64,000 nucleotides of DNA from Octopus vulgaris (lineage: Eukaryota). Below are positions 57,134 through 64,000 of this stretch, piece by piece; position 1 is the first letter of the stretch; every line of letters starts with the position of its first letter. Where the stretch lies: assembly GCA_951406725.2 (NCBI GenBank), contig OX597839.1, forward strand, positions 39,928,001-39,992,000. The letters are read 5' to 3'. Both the position numbers and the translations under genes were made by a program. The notes under the pieces are model-generated. The model made no database searches. It saw nothing but the letters and a program-made list of their open reading frames with translations, and was not told the origin of the DNA.

Positions 57134-57913
57134 AGACGTACACACACACACATGCGTAATAACACGCACACACGAATGGTGGAGAAATGGCTGAGTAGCT
57201 TGGAGTGTTTTCTATTCACAGCGGTTGAGGTTGTCTAGCTCAGATTGAAAGGGAAAGTATGGATGTTCATGTGGTTACTATTTAGTACCAGGTCACATTT
57301 GATCGATCAGTCTGTCTTATAACTAAACGTATAACACCTTTAACTCACACGTATTTTCAAAGGACTGTTCTATCGAATCTTGTAAGTCGGGAGGGTCATT
57401 AAGCCAATAATTAACACACGTAATGGTTCTCATTCACTTCTTTTTGTTAACCAGGTTTAACAGACGACTTGAAGCAGATGTGGAGTCGAGAAGGCATGTC
57501 ATTGATAGAGTTGTCAATGGCGATGAAAGGACTTTGGCAAACCTCATTGATTGATTGATCATACAATTAGTCATGCAATGGACCAGTTAATTAGTTAAAT
57601 GATTAATTACTTGAATAATATTAATGGTTTCAAATTTTGGTAAAGGGCTGCGTTTTTTGTGTGGTCATATGGGAGATGTGGGGACTTGATTGCATCGATT
57701 CCACTCTTTAACAGTTACTCATTTCATCAACTCTGAAAAGATGAAAGACAATATTTGAAGTGACGTAAGATGGAAATCTATCTATCAGCGGTCATCTCGT
57801 ATCTATTCTGACACGTCGTATCTAAGCATATCTTATCCGATGTAGACATCATTTTAGAACGATAGCGCGAATTTTGCATGAAATTTACTTCTTGTAGATC
57901 TAGCGACAATATA

Positions 57914-58146
57914 TATTTCTTTACTATCCACAAGGGGCTAAACATAGAGGGGACAAACAAGGACAGACAAAGGGATTGAGTCGATTATATCGACCCAGTG
58001 CGAAACTGGTACTTTATTTATCGACCCCGAGAGGATGAAAGGCAAAGTCGAGCTCGGCGGAATTTGAACTCAGAACGTAACGACAGACGAAATACGGCCA
58101 CGCATTTCGCCCGGCGCGCTAACGTTTCTGCCAGCTCGCCGCCTTG
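57914..58146 (-). mobile_element. SINE family B with TSD
   Basis: 13-bp TSD TAGCGACAATATA at 57901-57913 and 58147-58159. Confidence 0.9.
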
Positions 58147-58479
58147 TAGCGACAATATAGAGCAGGGTTTGTGCAAGTAAGACGTGTAAGATTTGGAGGC
58201 GATATGGATAAACTCAGAATGGTTTGTAAGGACGTAAAAAGTGACTGAAACTTCCAATGGAGTTTTAATAGAGTTTCAAACGATTTTATGAGTTCAGCCC
58301 TTTGGCTTTTGGTAAATGATTTAAAGAATATCGTAATTTGATGGAAGCCTCACAGTATACAGAAACGAGCTACGTGACTGAATACACCCGTCAGCAACGA
58401 GGATACGGAATTAATCAAAATACGTAAAGGGATGTGAATGAAATTAAAACTAATATAAAGATATTGTGTTGATTTATAT

Positions 58480-58850
58480 GGCGGTGTGGTTAAGAAGTTC
58501 GCTTTTCAATCACGTGGTTTTTGGTTAAGTCCAACTGCGCTTCTCCTTGGGCAATTGTCTTCTGCTATAACCTGGGGTGGACCAGTTTGTTTTGAGTGAA
58601 TTTGGTTGACGGAAACTTGGTGGAAGCTCGTTATAGATATAAATTTGTATGAGTATGTGTGTGTGTTTGTGTTTGCATTTGTATCACCAACTGTTTGAAA
58701 ACAAGTGGTGGCTTGCTTCTGTCTCCGTAACTTAACAGTTCGGCAAAAGAAATTGATGAAAAGTGAAGTCAATTTGTTCGACTAACAGCCCGAAGCAATG
58801 CCCCAGCATCGCCGCAGTACAGTGCCTGAAACAAATAAAAATAAGGGATA
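58480..58850 (+). mobile_element. SINE family A-related, old copy
   Basis: Diverged but colinear with the family A consensus. Confidence 0.7.
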
Positions 58851-60761
58851 AAAGCATATCATTTAATATTTGTAAAATATTTCGGGAAAACATCTCCATT
58901 TCAAATACAAACAAGTTAAAAGCCCGGAAAAAATTGTTGTTACCGTAACGCCAATCCGGAATGCCCATAAACGGGTAAATTAGAGGTATACTGTCCACAT
59001 AGCAAGTAAAAATGGTGTCGCATTTTTTTGAATAGTAATATCATATAATTGCATAACCTTTTAGCGCTAGATGATGCACAAAGTTCACATAGAGGATGGA
59101 AGTCCTTTGGTGTTGGCTATTTATTCGTTGCACCATCAGATTGAAGAATATCACTTGATGACATCTTTGATATGCGCTGTTACCTTGTCATGGAATTCTC
59201 TTGAGGGGAATACAAAAGAATTTTTGCGTTGCTTTCCTTCTAGCGTTTCCTTTTAATTTTTTCAAAGTACTATTTTATCGGTTAAAGGTAATTGCGAGAT
59301 AGTAAGAGAGAAAGAGAGGAGAGAGAGAAAGAAAGAGAGAAAGAGAGAGATAAAGGATGGGAGTAAGAGAGAGAAAGAGAGAAAGAGAGAAAGAGAGAGA
59401 GAAAGGATGAGAGTAAGAGAGAGAAAGAAAGAGAGAAAGAGAGAACGATAAAAGATGAGAGTAAGAGAGAGAAAGAAAGAGAGAAATATAGAGAGAGAGA
59501 TAAGGAATGAGAGTAAGAGAGAAAGAGAGTGAAGGAGGGAAGGTGAGCGAAAAGTGAGTCAGAGAGATAAAGTGTAGAGAAAGTACGTGAGATAGTGGAA
59601 AAAGAGAGGGAGAGAGGAAAGAGAGGGAAGGAGAGAGGGGGAGAGAGTGAAACAAAAGGAAAATTAGCGTGAGACGAAGAATGACAGAGAGACAAATTAA
59701 GAGAGAGAGGGAGAGAGAGAGAGAATGAAAGAGAGAGAAAGGGGAAGTTAGCGTGAGAAAAGAACGAGTGAGAGAAAAATGAAGAGAGAGTGAGAGAGAA
59801 AGAGAGTGTATGTGTAGGAGAGGGAAGAAAGGAAAGGAAAAGAAAGAAGAAGTTAAGACAGAAAGAATGAAATCCGAAAGAAAAAGAAGAATAAAAAAGT
59901 GAGGAATAACGAAAAAAAATGAAGGAAAATCTGAGAAGACTGGAGTAACGTGACATGAAAAGTATTGTTCAGAGTCCCAACAGGCCTGAGAATCGAACCC
60001 AATCCTTTACACTCATGAACCCAGCAACCTTAAAAGTTACGGCCACGAACCCTCCCACTCCCCTAATCCCATTAAGCAGTAAACTACAATATCATTCTTC
60101 CACTAGATGGCGTGCCTGCATAATATCTACTCTCTTTATAAATTGCACGGAGCAGGGCTTCTGGAAGATTCCATTGGAGCCGTTCTCTGCCGACTCTGAA
60201 GGAATTACACAGACGTTGAAGAAACAAATATAGAAATATCTCTTGTCATTCCACTCGGAGATTCAATAATACACTAAATGAACTATCGATTAGCATTATT
60301 TTGGACAATTCTTGGAGGTCAGAGGTGAAGATATTTGCCATTTTCAACGTAAGAGTGGAATAAATAAAAAAAACGAAATTAAACGAGGTTAACGTCTGAG
60401 TAGTAGTAGTAGTAGTAGTAATAGTAGTAGTGGTGGTGGTGGTTGTAGTGGTAATTGTGGTTGTGGTAGTAGTGTTGATGGTAGTGGTCGTCGTAGTAGA
60501 AGTAGCATTGGTGGTAGTTGTAAAAATAAGAGGTACTAGCAGTAGAGGTAGTAGTAGTAGTAATTGTTGTTGTAGAAGGAATAGTAGTTGCGGTAGTAGC
60601 AGCAGCAGTAGTAGAAGTGATGGTGGTGGTACTGGTTGTAGCATCGAGGTGGTGATCGTAGTGGTAGTAGTAGTAGTAGTAGTAGTAGCAGTAGTAGTAG
60701 CAGTACTACTAGTATTAGTATTATTATTATTATTACTATTCTTCTTCTTCTTCTTCTTCTT

Positions 60762-60883
<122 letters not shown>

Positions 60884-60919
60884 ATTATTCCCTTGTTCAC
60901 TTCTGAAGTTTACTCATTT

Positions 60920-60975
60920 GGTTCTTTCTCCTTCATTCTTCGATTTAATTTTCTTTCACTCTCTCTTTCTTTTTG

Positions 60976-61006
<31 letters not shown>

Positions 61007-62455
61007 GTCTGTCTTTCTTTCTTTCTTTCTCTCTTTCTCTCTCCGTTTCTTACATTTATGATGCACCTGTTTGCTTCTTTCCTTCTTTTCTTTCTTTCTT
61101 GCTTTCATTTATGTCATTCCACTTTCATTCCGCTTTTTCTTCTTTCGCTCCTTCCGTCTTTCCTTCTCTCTTTCTTTCCTTTACTTCATTCTTCGCTTCT
61201 ATATTTCTTTCATTGCTCCAGTCTTTCATTTCATTCTTTCTTTCCTTCCTTCTTTCTATTCTTTCTTTCTTTCTTTCTTTCTTTCTTTCGTATATTTCCT
61301 TCCTCTCCTCTTTCATTCTCTCTTCTCCCATTAAATGACATTTCCTCCTTCTTTGCTTGCATGCTTCCTTCCATCTTTCCTTCATTCCTTTCTCTCTTTC
61401 GTGCATTTCATTCTCCTCTCGCTTCTTTGTTTCTTTCCTTCATGCATTTTATCCTTCCCTTCTATCTTTCCTTCATTCCTTTTTCTCTCTCTCTCTCTTT
61501 CTCTCTCCCTCTGTGTCATTACTTGTATTTCATTCTTTCTCTTTCTTCATTCAACTTTATTTTATCGTCCCCTCCCATTTTATACACACACACTCTCTCT
61601 CACCACCTCTCTTTCTCTCTTCATCTTCGTCTCTCTCTCTCGACCTCTCTCATCTCTCTCATCTCTCTTCCTCCCTTTCTCCGCTCTCCTCTCTCTTGCT
61701 CCCTTTCTCCACTCTCTCCGCTCTTTTTCTCTTCCTCTTCGTCTCTCTCTCCCGGTCTCTCTCTCTCGGTCTCTCTCATCTCTCTCCTCTCTCTTCCTCC
61801 CTTTCTCCACTCTCTCCTCTCTTTGGTTCGATTTCGCACTCTCTTTCCGTCTCTCATTTTTACTCTTTCTCACTCTCTTGCCTTCTCCCTTTTCCTCTCT
61901 CCGTCTCTCTTTCTCTTCTTCTCTCTCACCTCTCTGGTTCTCTTTCCTTCTCTCTCTTCCTCTCTCCGTCTCTCTCCCATTCTCTCTCCTCATTTCTCCG
62001 TCTTTTTCTCCTTCTCTCTCTTCCTCTCTGTCTCTCATTCTCTGTTTTCCTCTCTCCGTCTCTCTCTCTTCCTCTCTCTCCTTTCTGGTTCTTTCTCACA
62101 TTCTCCCTCTCTCGCGTTCTCTTTCTTCCTCTCAATCTCTTTCATTCTCTCACCTCCTCTATCTCCTTCTTCCTCTCCTCTCCCCTCTCTCTCTCTCTGT
62201 GTTTCCCTCTCCCTCCCTCTCTCATTTCCTTTATCCTACTTCACCCCCACCCTCTCTCCCGCTCTGTCCTTCTCCATCTCCAAGTCTCTCCTTTTCTCTC
62301 TTTCACTCTCTCCTCCCTGTTTCTCTCATCTTTTTCACTCTCTCACTCCTCTCTCATTTCATCAATCCTCTCTTTGACCCTCCCTCTCTATTTCCTATCC
62401 TCCCTTCCTCCCCACTTTCTCCCCTCCTCCTCCTCCTCTCCCACCCCATCTTTCC
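60920..62455. repeat. Long polypyrimidine (CT-rich) low-complexity tract
   Basis: Directly visible; source of the L/S/F-rich ORFs. Confidence 0.9.
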
Positions 62456-62577
62456 ACATGTCATCTACAATATTTGGACAGGTTTTATATTTTCTATCCA
62501 AAACGAATCTGTTTTCACCATAAGAAAATCGCAGAATATCGATTTCTGTTTTCAAGTTAAACTTGTTTTTATATTTA

Positions 62578-63251
62578 CGATCATCATCATCATCATCATC
62601 ATCTTCATCATCATCACCATCATCATCGTCAATGTCATCGTTTCAGCCTTCATCATCAAAAACATCATTTACGTCATCATTGTAGTCATCACCATCGTCA
62701 TCATCATCATCATCATCATCATCATTATCATCATATTCGTCGTCGTCGTCGTCGTCGTTGTCATCATCATCATCGTCGTCGTCAACGTCATCATCACCAT
62801 CATCGTAGTCATCGTCATCGTCATCATTATCATCATCATCATCGTGATCATCATCGTCATGATCATCATCGTCATCATCATCATCATCATCATCATCATC
62901 GTCATCATCATCATCATCATCGTCGTCGTCATCATCATCATTGTCATCGTCACCGTCAGCATCGCCAAACATATCGTTGTCATCACCATCATCTTCATCA
63001 TCATCATCATCATCATCATCATTATCACCATCATCCTCATCATCATTATCATCATCATCGTCAACAGTAAAAGCAGCGACCCCGTAGATGTTAATTTATT
63101 ATTGCTAATGTAAATTCTAACAATTATTTCTATCATCAGTGAATGCTGACAGCAGCAACAGCAACAAGAATAATAAATATCATTCTATCACCATCATCAT
63201 TGTCATCATAGTCATCATCGTCATCGTCATCGTCATCATCATCGTCATCGC

Positions 63252-63327
<76 letters not shown>

Positions 63328-63348
63328 GTATCATCATCATCATCATCG

Positions 63349-63394
<46 letters not shown>

Positions 63395-63401
63395 TATCAT
63401 T

Positions 63402-63452
<51 letters not shown>

Positions 63453-63464
63453 GTCATTATCATT

Positions 63465-63512
<48 letters not shown>

Positions 63513-63536
63513 GTCATCATCATCGTCATTATCATT

Positions 63537-63579
<43 letters not shown>

Positions 63580-63890
63580 ACATCATCAGTATCATCATCA
63601 CCATCTGGAACACGAGCACCACCACCACCATCACCATCACCACCATCAGTGCAACTACTATCATCATCATTATCATAATCATCAACATCACCATAATTAA
63701 CAACAACATCATCATTACCACCATCACCACCACCACCACAAACACCGTCATCATCCTGCTCCTCATTTTCTCATCCTCCCCACCGTCACAATCATCACCA
63801 CAACCACCACCACCACCACTACCACCACTAACAACAACAACTACAACATTACCACCACCATCATCATCATCATCATCATCATCATCATTT
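62578..63890. repeat. Degenerate (ATC)n/(ACC)n microsatellite
   Basis: Directly visible. Confidence 0.9.
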
Positions 63891-64000
63891 GATATTTCTC
63901 GTGGAAATTTACACATTTTTGTGGTGTTTTTACTCTTCATTTTTCCACAGAATTCTGTTGCCAAATAATTACATAGAATTCACACACACACACACACACA

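Noticed and set aside
60893-63678. Long ORFs of 388-592 aa
   Set aside because: Translations of CT-rich and (ATC)n low-complexity DNA.

Overview
Eukaryotic, gene-poor and extremely microsatellite-rich DNA: (TA)n, (TATC)n, (TATG)n, (CA)n, (ATT)n, (GAT)n, (TAG)n and (CT)n. The repeat landscape suggests an octopus/cephalopod genome (inference). No intact host gene is supported; nearly all listed ORFs are translations of simple repeats. The window holds many tRNA-derived SINEs (at least four families), two non-autonomous Helitrons, a broken mariner transposon with a 19-bp minisatellite grown inside it, LINE 3' ends (RTE-like, Tx1/L1-like, possibly R4/Dong-like) and two Penelope-like element (PLE) relics. 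The main hidden signal is about 20 type I hammerhead-ribozyme (HHR) motifs in about 10 sequence families, read by eye. Most have a tiny palindromic stem III. They sit in a 533-bp tandem array, in head-to-head inverted duplications, in a tRNA-headed (Pol III-type) element, in short dispersed elements and at PLE 3' ends. This looks like a diverse set of non-autonomous, PLE-mobilised retrozyme-like elements, including unusual core variants (U3-A8, A6U, U4C, A9C). No folding, alignment or database search was run, and ribozyme activity is untested.
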